In this document: in pieces, positions 33,048-45,800 of the stretch
Layout: each line of letters begins with the position of its first letter
Position numbering within the stretch: the first letter of the stretch is position 1
IMG/VR virus record: IMGVR_UViG_3300014205_000015
Coordinates: 13,731-77,730 of that record
Reading direction: 5' to 3' (one strand)
DNA length: 64,000 bases
DNA from: a virus
Taxonomy: Duplodnaviria; Caudoviricetes
The notes under the pieces: model-generated
The model's input: only the letters and a program-made list of their open reading frames with translations
Databases searched by the model: none
Told to the model about the DNA's origin: nothing
Program-made: the position numbers and the translations under genes

Positions 33048-34202
33048 ATGGCAGTTAAAGAGATAGTCTGGCCCTCCGGAGTTGGGCGAGGACTTTCATT
33101 CAGACAAGAGGTCGGCAAGAGAGATCGATACACGGCTCCATGGGCTATGAACGTTCGCACCGAGGACTTCCAGGGTCGCAAGCGCGGAGGTTCCTGGACT
33201 CCAACAGCCGCAGCGGCGACAGTCGGAGTGGTCCACAGTGGCGGTTATATCGTTGCTGATCCAGGGGATGATGCTCCAGGTGTGAGTAGCAACGCAGATT
33301 GCATTTTCCGCGATAGGTTCATTAGACCTGTTGGACAGGCGATATACGCAAGCCGTCAGGGCGACTACACCGATTGGGCCATGAGTGCCGATATAAGTGA
33401 TGTGGCTCGACCGTTTGTGATTCAACTATCCGAAGCTGGTGAGCAGGGAGGCAGTGTAACTGCGCTGATTCCCCACAAGGACTCCTACCTTCTGGCTGCA
33501 ACTGCTAGTTCTCTGTGGGTGGTTCGAGGCGATCCGACCGCAGATGGTAGCCTGCAAAACATCTCCAGAGACGTGGGAACGGTCGGTCCAAGAGCGTGGT
33601 GTCGGGACCATATCGACAGGTATTACCTGCTTTCGTCACATGGAGTCTATACGCTTAGCGCCGATGGATCGTCTTTGCAAGCCTTATCCGAAGATGTCAT
33701 TCCTGAGGAGCTAACAGATATTGCGGACGAAGACACGGTGCTCGAGTACGACCATGCAACGCGGGGAGTTCGCATTTACATCCCTACAGCTGCGGTGAAT
33801 TGGCTGTTTGAAACAGAAGAGAATGCTTTCTGGCCATTCAAAGTTATCGCTGGGTCACACGTTGCTATAGGTCCAGTGCGGATGAATGACGGGGACACCT
33901 ACGGACGGCTGCTACGGATGCACGGCATCACAGCATCGGGGAGCGCCAATGTGATGTGGCGGGTGTTGGTGGGCGACACAGCGGAAGAGGTCAGTGTTAA
34001 CGCCAAGGCGGCTATCGAAGCCCTGGTAGCAGGAGGCACACCATCGAACATTCACAGCAGCGGCACCTGGACGGCAGGGGTTAATCATCGCAGTTACCCT
34101 CGCGCTAGGGGTCTGTTTATGATCCTGCTGCTATCGTCTGGCGGCGACTGGAGTTGGGAAGGTGCCGTGTGTTTTATGGAACCATCAGGAAAGTGGAGAT
34201 AA
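33048..34202 (+). CDS. putative tail stabilisation / nozzle-like protein
   Basis: Beta-propeller-like repeats; position in the podovirus-like tail region. Confidence 0.55.
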   Translation: MAVKEIVWPSGVGRGLSFRQEVGKRDRYTAPWAMNVRTEDFQGRKRGGSWTPTAAAATVGVVHSGGYIVADPGDDAPGVSSNADCIFRDRFIRPVGQAIYASRQGDYTDWAMSADISDVARPFVIQLSEAGEQGGSVTALIPHKDSYLLAATASSLWVVRGDPTADGSLQNISRDVGTVGPRAWCRDHIDRYYLLSSHGVYTLSADGSSLQALSEDVIPEELTDIADEDTVLEYDHATRGVRIYIPTAAVNWLFETEENAFWPFKVIAGSHVAIGPVRMNDGDTYGRLLRMHGITASGSANVMWRVLVGDTAEEVSVNAKAAIEALVAGGTPSNIHSSGTWTAGVNHRSYPRARGLFMILLLSSGGDWSWEGAVCFMEPSGKWR

Positions 34203-36416
34203 ATGTCAACACAAGAAATCCCACAAGTACCAGCGCAGAATCCAGGGCAAACGCCTATCGTATTCGACCGTATCGCCAATCCATTTCTGAGCATTTGGTG
34301 GAGTACGCAGACTGTTAGCCAAGTCCCAGAGAACGTCATGGGGTGGCTGGTTGCGCAAGGGTACGAAGTCACTGGCATCACGCAGGATACCACGACAGTC
34401 CCGCCAACGAACTACTTTGCGTTGACTCGTGAGGGAATGCGTCCTTTACAGGTTCTGCTTAGCCTGTGCAATTCCTACACGATTGCCGCCAACGAAGCGA
34501 GGGAGGCTAACCAGGCTCGGTATAACGAGGTGCTGGTCAACTGGACGCAGATGATTGACAGTTCTCATCAGCAGTTCAATGCGCAGACAGATGAGCAGAA
34601 CGCGCAGGCTGGCGTGTTCATGACTGACCTAGATGACTACATGACGGCGATTGAAACGCTCATAGCGGACAACCAAGCACAGGTTGTTAGTGATGCAGCC
34701 GATGCACAAGTCTCGCTAGAGTACATGGATTCCAGGCTAGCTGACCTAGAAACCAATGCAGCCGCTAATGCCGTCACTATCGGGACGTTGTTGACGGAGC
34801 AGGATACCAATCTTCAGACGTACATCACCGACTACGACAGCCATCTCGCGGAGTTGGAAGCGAACGTTACTGCGCACATAGTCACGGTTCTGGCGGATGT
34901 GGCTTCGCTTGAATCGGTGCTAGATGTCCATGTTTCTGATTATGAGCAACGACTAGCGCTACTGGAGACGAACTACAATGCGCACCTAGTAGACATAGAC
35001 GCCCTGCTGGCGAACATTGATGAGCATGTCGATACCTACGTCACGGATGTCAACGCAATCCTAGCTTTGCTAGCTGCGGACTACCAGGATATTGATACAG
35101 ACCTGGAGGCAATTAGGACGAGTGCTGGAACCCTAGTCGACACTCATGCTTCGGACTACCAAGCAGTCTTGGACCTGCTGGCTACCGACTACTCCACAAG
35201 CGCGACGTTAACTAGGAGCATTATTGCCTTCCTGGCTACCGACTACACCCCGCACGCGACAACGACCAGAGGCATTACTGATTCCCTGGATGTTGACTAC
35301 ATCTTGCACGAAGACTTAGCGAGGGGCTTTCTGACTGGTCTTGGGGCAACGGAGCTTGCCAGAATCAACGAGGAGTTTGCAGCTAGACTTGGAACACAGT
35401 TGCAGATGCTGACCACGCGGGGGCTGTACACGTCCACGCTAGCGGCAGACATCACAGAGCGCAATGGACGAGACCGAGACGAGCAAATCCAGTTACTAAA
35501 CGACCGCTTGAATCGTGAGAAGTTCGAGAATCAACACAAGCTGTACGACCAGCAACGAGCCATGCGTTCGCAAACGATGGACAACGAGCATCGACTGTAC
35601 GAACAGCGCCGTGTCATGCGAACCCAGACGGCAGACAATGAGCACAGGCTGTATGAGCAGCAGTTGGGTATGAGAACGCGGACGCTGGACGGTCAAAACC
35701 AGTTACACACGGTTCGCCAGGAGGTACTGCGGTATCAGGCATCGCTAATTAGCGGGGTCTACGCGCTACTTCAGGACATTCGCAATCGTACCTTGTCAGG
35801 CAAACAGGCAATCTTCAGCGCTAGAGACGCTGCGGAGCGACTAGGGATAGAAGTCAAATCCCAGCTGTACACACAGATTCAAGACGTTAGGCAGCGGACA
35901 CTAGATGCGCTTGACCGTATTTACCAGCTACGGGACGTGTACGCGAAGTGGTCCACCACCGAGACGCACAGGCTTTACGAGCAGCTACAGCAAGTAGAGC
36001 AGTTGTTCGTGGAAGCAGCCCAGCGACAGCACGCAGCCAAGCAAGAGGTTACGCGGGGCGAGATGTCACAGCGGGACATTCTCCTTCAGCAGCTACAGAC
36101 AGCGCTTACCGGGCTCCTGGGAGGCAAGGAGCGGTTCTCCCAGCTTCTGATGCAGAACGCCAACACACTAGCCGAGCACAAGCACCGAGCTATTGTCGAG
36201 AGGATGAACACAGCGACACAGCGGCTTGAGGGGTGGAAGTCGGTGGCAGACGACAATAGGAAATTGATGAGTTATATGCTCGACGAACGTAACAAACTAC
36301 TCATCGGACTTTATTCCTTCGTCGAGCGGCGCGAGGATGTTGGACCGGAGTTTAGCGACATGGCTCGGTTAATTGCTGGCGTCGGCGACAGCGGTGGAGG
36401 CTGGATCCAACCCTAA
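34203..36416 (+). CDS. long coiled-coil virion protein (putative internal/ejection protein)
   Basis: 737 aa with heptad patterns and 18-aa NEHRLYEQ repeats. Confidence 0.65.
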   Translation: MSTQEIPQVPAQNPGQTPIVFDRIANPFLSIWWSTQTVSQVPENVMGWLVAQGYEVTGITQDTTTVPPTNYFALTREGMRPLQVLLSLCNSYTIAANEAREANQARYNEVLVNWTQMIDSSHQQFNAQTDEQNAQAGVFMTDLDDYMTAIETLIADNQAQVVSDAADAQVSLEYMDSRLADLETNAAANAVTIGTLLTEQDTNLQTYITDYDSHLAELEANVTAHIVTVLADVASLESVLDVHVSDYEQRLALLETNYNAHLVDIDALLANIDEHVDTYVTDVNAILALLAADYQDIDTDLEAIRTSAGTLVDTHASDYQAVLDLLATDYSTSATLTRSIIAFLATDYTPHATTTRGITDSLDVDYILHEDLARGFLTGLGATELARINEEFAARLGTQLQMLTTRGLYTSTLAADITERNGRDRDEQIQLLNDRLNREKFENQHKLYDQQRAMRSQTMDNEHRLYEQRRVMRTQTADNEHRLYEQQLGMRTRTLDGQNQLHTVRQEVLRYQASLISGVYALLQDIRNRTLSGKQAIFSARDAAERLGIEVKSQLYTQIQDVRQRTLDALDRIYQLRDVYAKWSTTETHRLYEQLQQVEQLFVEAAQRQHAAKQEVTRGEMSQRDILLQQLQTALTGLLGGKERFSQLLMQNANTLAEHKHRAIVERMNTATQRLEGWKSVADDNRKLMSYMLDERNKLLIGLYSFVERREDVGPEFSDMARLIAGVGDSGGGWIQP

Positions 36417-36435
36417 CAATGCCCCAGACTTGAAA

Positions 36436-37455
36436 TCATGGCTTACTGTAATGCTCGACAATTTGCTTCATAGTCCAACCTTGCTTGAGTCGCATTGCGA
36501 TAGTTCCATGAGACACTCCGATTCGTCGACCCCATTCCCGAAGCCCACAAGTTATGCCGTCATGTGTCAACAGCCGGGTTTTGCTGGTATTCTGTCCCTG
36601 TTCCATCGCGGATGCCCATTTGCAGTTCGCAGGCCAGCCATTTGCGAGGCATTCCGTACAGTTTCCGCACGAATAGTTCCCGTCGTTATTTATTCGCTCG
36701 ATGGTTGCCTCTGGAAACGGCTTCGGTCCCATGTCAGCCATAAAGCTGACGAACGAGCTCCATCTCTTGCAGAAGGTTATCCCACGCCCGCAGTATCTGT
36801 GGTAACTGCGGTTGCTGCAGCGATGTTTCATGTGCTTCCAAGACTTGTATTCTGGGGTTTGGTTCCCCTTGCGAGCCGCGCCGCCAGATCGCGAGCGATT
36901 ACAACCACAGGACACTTGGTCGCCCCTACGAAGGACAGACCCGCAGACAACGACGGTCTTGCCGCACTCACAGCGACATACCCAGTGCAACTTCCCCCAA
37001 TTGCGCACCGTACTGAGTTCCACGACTGTCAGCTTTCCATAGACGCTCCCAACTTCATCGGTGGTATTTACGCATCCGCACGAATTTGTTACTCCGGCGC
37101 GAAGATCTCTGCCGAACAACACAGACTCGGTGCCACACTCGCATTGACAGTTCCACTTTGCGCCGCCTTTGCTTCTAGCGCGACTGATAACAGTCCACTT
37201 TCCATAGACATTCCCAGTCTCGTCTTTCATTCTTGGGTCGATCCGCAGTGGGCAGCTAAATCCGCAGCGTTTGCTACCGCCCGATGTAAGGTTGTTCCCA
37301 GCGACAAGGTTAGTCACGCCGCAGTCGCACAAGACGCTCCAGTAGGCGACCTTACCCCGCTTCTCTCCGAAGCCTGTTACCACAAGACTGCCGAATCGCT
37401 GCCCAGTGAGATCTTTGAAATTGTGGGCGCGTCGGATAGAATTACCCGCAGACAT
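36436..37455 (-). CDS. HNH-like protein with three tandem N-terminal Cys modules
   Basis: Three G.(F/Y)G.(L/W)(T/V)V...W.(C/V).C(D/E)CG...CG modules, then TIERINNDGNY. Confidence 0.85.
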   Translation of the reverse strand: MSAGNSIRRAHNFKDLTGQRFGSLVVTGFGEKRGKVAYWSVLCDCGVTNLVAGNNLTSGGSKRCGFSCPLRIDPRMKDETGNVYGKWTVISRARSKGGAKWNCQCECGTESVLFGRDLRAGVTNSCGCVNTTDEVGSVYGKLTVVELSTVRNWGKLHWVCRCECGKTVVVCGSVLRRGDQVSCGCNRSRSGGAARKGNQTPEYKSWKHMKHRCSNRSYHRYCGRGITFCKRWSSFVSFMADMGPKPFPEATIERINNDGNYSCGNCTECLANGWPANCKWASAMEQGQNTSKTRLLTHDGITCGLREWGRRIGVSHGTIAMRLKQGWTMKQIVEHYSKP

Positions 37456-37573
37456 GATTCAACTCCCATAAAGTTGGATTATTGTGAGAGCCAAAGCGGT
37501 CCCCAAGACCTCTTTGGCTCGTTTCATTATAGCAGCTACGGAAGGCAGGTACAGCATGTGGCGTAAAAGGAAG

Positions 37574-38383
37574 ATGGCTGCGCCGAACTTCGGCCACGTT
37601 CCATACAACCCAATTCACGGCGACCAGGCTAGTCTGCGCCAGGACGGAACGTCGCCATTCTGTGCCATGTTCCAAATCGCCGCCGAAGATGTCTATGACG
37701 ACTACGTAATATGCCGAGGGTTTGACCCAAGAATACTACGGTTTATTGATTACGCGGCAGGTGACGCCAATAAGCCAGGCATCTCTGTAGCGAAGCCGTT
37801 CGGGAAGCGTACAGCTGGGACGTACGAGATTGCGGAAGTCTACCCAGCGTTCCTTCCGACACAGGGGAATGCTGGATTTGCTGACTTTAGGCAGGTGGTT
37901 TACATGCCTCCGTCGCCTGAAACGGTTAGCTGGCGCGTTGGTCAGAATCCTGGAGTTGTGACTGGCGGTCTGGCAGGCGGTCAACCAGATAGTTTAAGCG
38001 ATGCGATTGGGATACTGTATGATCACAATGAGAAGGTGGTCAATTGGCTGTTAATTGATTCGTCTAGCAGCACCGCGTTAGGCACGTTGACTGGCAAGGC
38101 AACAGCGGTTGGAACGCAGAGTGGTGGCGACCATGACGGGCTGGAATACGCAGACCTGCTTGTGTTTGAGTCCTCGGACCCAGCGTTAATTGGGACAACG
38201 GAAAGAGTGTGGGACCGCAAAGGGTGTATCTTGGAAATAGACGTGACCGACTACACCGTATGGGCACACGAAACGTGGGCAGCATCAATGGATACGGCGA
38301 AGGCTTGCGATGAGTTGGTAAAATACTGGGCAGCAGATGACCGCTGTTGTACAGCGTCTACGGCGGTCTATCGCGCATGTTAA
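37574..38383 (+). CDS. hypothetical virion-region protein
   Basis: ATG after AAAGGAAG. Confidence 0.6.
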   Translation: MAAPNFGHVPYNPIHGDQASLRQDGTSPFCAMFQIAAEDVYDDYVICRGFDPRILRFIDYAAGDANKPGISVAKPFGKRTAGTYEIAEVYPAFLPTQGNAGFADFRQVVYMPPSPETVSWRVGQNPGVVTGGLAGGQPDSLSDAIGILYDHNEKVVNWLLIDSSSSTALGTLTGKATAVGTQSGGDHDGLEYADLLVFESSDPALIGTTERVWDRKGCILEIDVTDYTVWAHETWAASMDTAKACDELVKYWAADDRCCTASTAVYRAC

Positions 38384-38402
38384 AGTAAGAAAGCAGAACA
38401 AA

Positions 38403-39800
38403 ATGCCAATAACATTCAGACACCAAGCAGCCGGGGTAGTACCTCCTTCCAATGAGACTACTAGGAAGTATGGGCAGTCGCTTGTCTTACAGCAGCAGCA
38501 ACAGAAGTATGCCGGTCAACAAGCAGGATACGACCGATTGTTCCGAGCTGGTTCGCAGCTGCAGCAGCAGGACTGGCAGATGGGCAGGGATAAGGCGCAG
38601 AACGACTTCCAGTTGGGCAGGGACAAGCAGCAGTTCGATTGGAAGCAGCAAGAGGCGGAAGCGGCTAGGCAGCAAGGGTTTCTCGACGAGGCTAGGAAAC
38701 AGAGCAGCCGATTCATTCTTGACGCGATTGACAAAGGGGAGTTTGACCCTGGTACTGCCCGAGAGCTACGGCAGAATCTGGTAGCCGAGTCAGAGGTGCT
38801 AGGCAATCCGCGACTGGACGCCACGCAGAGAGCCGAAGCGATTCAGAAGCTTCGTGCGCAGCGGTCAATGCTGTTAGCCAATCGCGCTCCAAAGGCACCA
38901 GAGCCAACACCACAGGAACAATTCGACCAGGGTGTTGTTACAGGTCCAGATGGCGCAAAGTATCGTCGTAACTCAAAGGGAGACTTCGAGCCTCTACCAG
39001 TACAACCTCAGCAACCAGCACCACCAGCGACCGCTGATGATGCGTTTAAGGCTGACCCTAAACTGAGGAAACAGTACATTGATGACGCGGTAAACGTACT
39101 CACAGAAGGCGGAACGAAGTCGCTTACTGTCGATATTCGCAAGCAAGCCGCCGAACTGGCAAGGGAACTGTACGACAACGACAACCCGCAACCAGCACAG
39201 ACGCCAGCTACCACACCTGCTGCTGGGCAAGCCCCACCCGCTGCATCAGGAGCCTTTTCGCCATTACTGAGTGCGATTCAGGGTGCTGCGGCTGGAATAA
39301 CGGGGCAGACCCCTGCTACTATTGGGCAGTCAGCGGACATACCAATAGCATCTCCAGATCCAGGCCGACCGCCAGCACCATCGACAATGCCCGCGCAAAA
39401 CCAGTGGGCGGACGTGGCAACACCACCGCCACCGGCACAAGTTTCGCCATCGCCACCACTGAGTTCGCCTGCCGGAGCGAGTCCACAGCAGGCTCCAGCT
39501 ACATCGCAAAGCGGACTACCACAAGCTGAAAAGCCAGACTTTGGCGCTATGGTAGCCAGTGCAAAGGACGATGCAGACAGAGCGTTCGTCAGCAAGATGC
39601 AAGGTGTGTACGAGGGGCAGTCGCCTGCTATTCAGTCTGCAATAAGTGTCCTTATGAGCCCAGACTCGCTTGACGAGGATGCTGCACGCGCTCTTGCGTA
39701 TCTAAAGGAAAATGGCATTGATATTGACCAACTGGCTGCGACTCCGAAGCTACCGAAGAAGAAAAGCAACAGGGATTGGCAGAGCGGAAAGGGAATGTAG
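38403..39800 (+). CDS. putative internal virion protein (Gln/Pro/Ala-rich)
   Basis: Precedes the giant protein; low-complexity helical sequence. Confidence 0.65.
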   Translation: MPITFRHQAAGVVPPSNETTRKYGQSLVLQQQQQKYAGQQAGYDRLFRAGSQLQQQDWQMGRDKAQNDFQLGRDKQQFDWKQQEAEAARQQGFLDEARKQSSRFILDAIDKGEFDPGTARELRQNLVAESEVLGNPRLDATQRAEAIQKLRAQRSMLLANRAPKAPEPTPQEQFDQGVVTGPDGAKYRRNSKGDFEPLPVQPQQPAPPATADDAFKADPKLRKQYIDDAVNVLTEGGTKSLTVDIRKQAAELARELYDNDNPQPAQTPATTPAAGQAPPAASGAFSPLLSAIQGAAAGITGQTPATIGQSADIPIASPDPGRPPAPSTMPAQNQWADVATPPPPAQVSPSPPLSSPAGASPQQAPATSQSGLPQAEKPDFGAMVASAKDDADRAFVSKMQGVYEGQSPAIQSAISVLMSPDSLDEDAARALAYLKENGIDIDQLAATPKLPKKKSNRDWQSGKGM

Positions 39801-39802
39801 CT

Positions 39803-42800
39803 ATGGGAACGATAACTGACAGAATAAGACGACTTGGCAGGCAGGATGCAGCCCCAAGTGAGGATGGCGCAGGTATTGGTCAAATCGATGAACGCGAGCA
39901 AGCTATTATCGACAGGTATACAAGTGCAGCGCCAGGCGTGAGCTTCTTGCAAAAAGCTGCCCGTGGGTCGGCTAAATTAGAAATAGATACTCGGCGACAG
40001 CAGCGAGCCTACGCCGAGAAACCAACGTCACCGCTCGCAGCTATAACGGTGGATCCAGCCAGGGAGATGGTTGCGAATCTTGGGGACCGAGCAAAGGTGC
40101 TCGACACCTACCGTAAGCTGTCACCTGAGCAGCGCCAGGAAGCATTGAGTTTGGCTCCTGGTATTGCACAGCAGTTAGGCGATGACCGAGGCGGAGTAGT
40201 TGGGCGTACTCTCGGCGCAGTAAGTCGTGGGATAAGTCATGGCGTATCGCAGCCACTCGCAGAGTTAGTTGGACTAGGCGGAACGCCAGAGGAGATTGAG
40301 TACATTCGCCAATTGGATGCGGCAGCGTCTCAAGAGTTTAGTCCTGCCCGTCCAGGCGACCCGTGGTATGAGCGTGGACCGCTACAAGCCGTGGAGATGG
40401 CTCCGTGGATGGCAACAGTGGTAGGCGGCGCTGGCGTAGGGCGTGCTGCGGCTACGGGGATTGCTGGGCGGCTTGGCATGGCAGCCCGTGGCACAGCGGC
40501 AGCCGCGAAGACTGGAGAGCTTGCGGGTATCACCACGGCAGCATTCCCCGGTCAGTACGCGCAAGAGGTGGACCAGCTTAAAGAACTGGGCATGGAAGAC
40601 GGGACGAACCTGCGCCTGCTTGCTGGCGGGACAGCGGCAATTGCTGGTCTTATTGAGGGAATCGTACCCAATCCGTTCAAGGCTGGACCCGTTCCGTTGA
40701 CCGAAGGGGCTGTTAAGGCTGCCCGTCAGTACCTCTGGGAAGCAGCTAAGAGGGCTCCTGGGGAAATGTCTGAAGAATACCTACAGGGCGTTACAAGCGG
40801 TCTGGGCAGCCATGTAGCGCAATACCTCGATGAGAATGCTGAGGATAGGTCAATCGCAGACGCATTCCAGACAGGCTGGGAACAAGCCAAAGAAGCAGCG
40901 CTACCAATGGCGTTCCTGCTTGGTGTTCCTGCTGTCGGCGGTGCTGGGCTATCGGCAGCGCGAGCACGGCGATTGACTCGTTTGCAAGAGGTTCTTGCTA
41001 AGGGACCAGTTTCCAGGAAAGCCGGTCGGGAACTTGGCATTGAAGGCAACCAGGATGAACGCACGGCGATAGCTGCCGCAGAGAAGGCACAGCTAGAGCA
41101 AGAAGCAGCTCAGGTCAGCGCAACACCACCACTAACACAGGGACCAACAGATGCCAGCCAAGTACCAGCGGATGAAGCACGCAATGATGTCCAAGGGGAT
41201 GGAGGAGAAGGAAGCCAAGTCGATAGCGGCAGCGAAGTATATCAGCCAGGGCAAGAGCAAGGAGTCTCGCAGCCAGAGAGCAAAGAGCCTGAAGCACAGG
41301 AAGTACAAGTAGCGCCATGGCAACAGACTCCCAGTGAATACGTTGCCGGCGAGACGGACGCAGATGCGGTAGCTGTCAGGAGGGCATCACACCCACAAGC
41401 TGTGAAGCGAGCGCTAACGGAAGGAGAGCAGGTTCCGCGTGCAGTGCTAGATGCTTATGCGAACAACACTTGGGCGAAGAAGGCTATCGAGCGGCTGTAT
41501 CCTAACGAGCCAGGGCAGTTACCTACAGAGCCAGAAGCAGCAGCCACTCCCCCAGTCGCTCCAGCTACAGAAGTATCGCAACAACCATCGGAGGGGTCAG
41601 TGTCCACAATTGTGGACAAAGCCGAGAAACTACCAGTACCAGCCACACCAGAGCAGGCAGAGCCAGCAGCAGTCCCAGGAAGTCGGTTTGCAGGCAAGTC
41701 TGATAAGGAACTAGCTTCTATTCAGCAAATGTACGAAGACAACATCAAGACTAAAAAAGCCAAGAATGAGAAAGTCTCGCCTGAATGGGAGCGAGGGCTT
41801 GATGAAGTCAGAGCATTACGGGCTGGAGCGGATCCACAAACAGAAATAGTGACGGATACTAGCGTCTATGGGCATCCACAAAACCCGTCGTCGCGAGAGG
41901 GGCACCAAAATCTAATCCCAATCAAATTTGGCGCTGATGCAGACTTAGCGTGGCGATGGGACGAGATTCAAAAGCGAGCAGCCGTTCTGATGGCTGAGAT
42001 AGGTGATGCGCAAAACCGGGCGTTGCGTGGCAAGACACCAGCGATACGCAAGAAGGCTTCTGACGAATTAAAGTCAGCTAATCATTCGGACAAGGAACAG
42101 GAACTCAAAGACCTGAAGGAAGCCCAGGCGTATCTCAATGAACTGAGTAAGAAACAGAGTGGACTAACTAAAAAGCAAGCAGTAGAGACAGGAAAGCCGT
42201 CGACGGCTGGGCTTTCGGAGGAAGTAATCGGTTCCCCGCCCGTTAGTCCCGACGCACTGGGGGAAACCCCAGAGACGAGTATGGGCAAAGCGGTAGGTAA
42301 TGAACTGCCCTCCGAAGCCCGCGCCGAGGAAACTGAGCCGCAGCAGCCTGACTCCAAGTGGCAGTCCGAAACCAGAACACTCCTAGAGGCTGTCCCAGCA
42401 CTCAAGGGCGCCAATGTCGAACCAGACGAGAAGGCTGGAACGGTCAAGGTAACACGCCCAGACGGGCTCTCTACGACGATTCACTTCAATGCCGATAAAG
42501 AACTGGCAGAAGCGGCTAAGTCGAAACTGCGCAATCCTGAGTCGATTCACGGCTGGTATGTACGGAAGCCAGGAGAAGCCGAGGGACGCATCTACGTGCG
42601 CTCCGACGCCAACCACAGCAACATCCTTAACCATGAAGTAATGCACTGGCTTGAAGATGAAGGTGTTGTAACCAAAGAGGAAGTCGAGAAGTACGGCGGA
42701 CGGGAAGCAATTGCCGAGAAGTACGGCAAATGGGCTGAGCTAAAGAAGCGGAAAAAGGATTCAGTGTTCCAGCGAATCTACGACACGCTAGAGCCAGTGT

Positions 42801-45800
42801 TCTCAGCACAGCGCAGATTCTTTGAGGATGTGTCTAAGCGGCAAGCAGCCGAGAAACCGTCCGAGAAGCGCCGTGGTCCTAAAGACCAGCCAGGGGCACG
42901 AAGGATGGAGCCCACGGAAGAAGGTCGACCTGCGGATGGAAAGCCGATAATGCCAGGGGACCGTTTCTTGACCAATACAGGTCGCGAAACAACGCCATAC
43001 CCCAAGTACAGCGGCGCTACGAATCGCCAAGTAATCAATGCTGAGAAGAAGTCACAGCTATGGCTGATTGAGAATGCTATCGCTGAGGCTGAGTCTCGCG
43101 GTGACGACTTCAACCTCACGACATTCCGAGGTGAGCTTGAGGATGCACGCAAAGGAAAACTCCCTCCAGCGTCAAAGGACTCTGCGACCCTCTACGTGTT
43201 TGGAGAGGACATCCCAAAGGTTCCTAAACCATTCCTGAAGGAGCCAGGGGCAAAACCACTTTCGTCCGCAACGGAACAGGCTCGGGAGAACCTTCGCAGG
43301 CGAGGTAAACGCAAGCCATCCCAGGCGGAACTGGACGCAGAAACAGCATCGGTGATTCGTGAGCGAGAGGCAGACAACAAGGTTCGTCAGGACTTCCAGT
43401 CGGACAGGGATGCCCAAAAAGCACAGGAAGCAAGGCGTGAGTTCGTCGGAAAGCAAAAGGCTGCTGCGAACCCAGCTACCGTCGATTCGCTCGGTTATGG
43501 CGACATCGCTCAGGTGAACGATGACATCGAACGCGGACGGGTGAGCTACGAAGACGCAATCAAAGTAGCAGACGCATTCGTGGAAGCGGGTTATCTTCCA
43601 CAGCTTCGTCGCGACCAGATCCGTAAGCCTACCCAAGCCAGTGCAAATCAAGTTAACGTCGATTCTGGCTCAGAAAGTAAAGTTAAGCCAGCAGAAGACC
43701 GTGTGAAAAATTTTACACAAGACTTACCTAGCTTAACACCGGAAGGGAAGGCTACTGGGAAACAAGTAGGGAACAAGCCAAAGCCAAAGCCAGAGCTAGC
43801 ACCTGACACGGCACGTATTCAGGCTGAGCGGGAAGCAAGGGAGCAAGCCAAGGCAGGGAAGAAACAGCGAGTGGCTCCAGAAGGGTACGCTGCGCTACCA
43901 GAGATGACTCGCGCAAAGTTCGAAACAGCATGGGATGGAAGCGACCAGCAAGCGATGAAGGACCTACTTCATTTGCCCAATAAGTCTCTGAGAGCTGAGT
44001 TCGAGCGGCGCACAGAACGCAAGCTACCGCGAACCATCAAGGGCACGTCAGAAGTTGTCGAGCAGGTTTATGCTGCGCGAGCCAAGCCAAGTGAAGCGGT
44101 AGGAGTGGAAGCGGAACCGAAAAACGAAGAAACACAGCCCGCCCCCGTTTCTGTCAAAGCCGACTTCATAGAGCTTAAAGGTCAGAACGCGACTGGAGTG
44201 AAGCAAACGATTCGGGTAATCGCTGGAGAACGCACGTTACTGATGGAACGCAGTAAGCACGACAGCGAGTGGTCGATTAGGGAAGGGACAAAGTACACCG
44301 GCGCAATCAAAGGCAAAACACCAGTAAAGACAGGCGGTGAAATCCTCGCTAGTGGGATTGGCGAAACCAAAAGAGCAAAGGAAGTCGCACAGCAGATTAT
44401 CGACGGCACTTTCGACAAGGACGCTGATAGTCTGTTTGTGCGAGAGGACACAAGAAACATTGGACTCCCTAATGCTAAGCTTGCCGCCGCAATAAAAGAT
44501 TACCAGATAGCAAGGCGAGGCAGTTTCGCCAAGTTGCTTCGTGAGGAAAGACTGTACACCGATGGTCGTTTGCTGATGAAAGTGAACGACAAGGACCGAG
44601 ACGCGATTCTGAAGGGGATTGGAGAGACTGACGAAGGCAGGGAGATGGGTGTCGTTGCGCAAATGATGGTCGACGGCAAGAAGGCGCTAAGTCGCTCAGC
44701 TAACGCCATGAAACCAATCGGATACCGTGGAGGCAACCTAACAACACGAACCGTTGTGCTTCAAAGCCAAGATGGCGATGCTGTAACCCTCGACAAGTCT
44801 TTACACGACACGGTTCTGAAAAAGCACCCCGACGCAGTGCCGTACTTCAGGGAAGAAGGTCGTCCGGTGTCCTACGCCAGTAACGACGACGTGGTGGCGA
44901 TTGTGATGCCGATGAACATGGACAAGCCAGACGCCAAATTAAAGGAGTTGGTGGCTGGTAAGTATGACTTCGAGGCTGAAGCCGCCGTAGAGGACGAGAC
45001 TGGCGATGGAGAGGGTGGCGCTGAGTTCGGGAAGGACGTTGGGTCGACGCTGGGAATCACGTCAGGCGTTCCGCTGGCTGGTCCACACCGAGGAATGGGG
45101 CGTTCTGTGCGGCATTTCTTCCAGCGGTTCTTTACCTCTCAGGGAGAACTTCCAGCTGACGTGTATGATGCAAAGGTACGGAAGGAAGGGCGGGCTGCCA
45201 AGGAAATGAACCGTCTTCGGAATCGCGCAACTGACCTCCGGCGTGGCATCAAGAAAGCCTTGAACGGCAGGGAATTGACTCAGGCAGATATCGAGAGAAT
45301 GAACGCCGTGCTTCGCGGAGAGAAGGCTATGACCACTGTGCCGGTAGCAGTACGCGCACCACTCAAAGCGATGCGAGACCACATTGATTCCCTATCAAGC
45401 CACTTGATTCTGGAAGGCGTGGCGCAAGGCGACTTAGTGGGAATCATCACGGAAAGCATGGGCGTCTATGCCACCCGGTCATATCGCGTATTCGACAACC
45501 CCAAGTGGCGCGACCAAGTTCCTAGTGCTGTTCGCAATCGTGCAGTAGCCGCTATTCGGGCGCTCGACCCATCCAAGTCTGACGCTGAGGTAGCAGGAAT
45601 CCTAGAATCGCTACTGTTCCGCGGTGCAGCAGATACCCCCGTGGCACTTCTGAAGGGTTCGAAGCTGGGAAGCAAGGACTTGAGCACGTTCATAGCACGA
45701 AAAGACATTCCGGAGTGGCTTCGGGACTTGTGGGGGGAGTACAAGGATGCTGGTGTGAATTACGCTCGCAGCGTGTTCAAGATGGCGCACTTGCTTGCCA

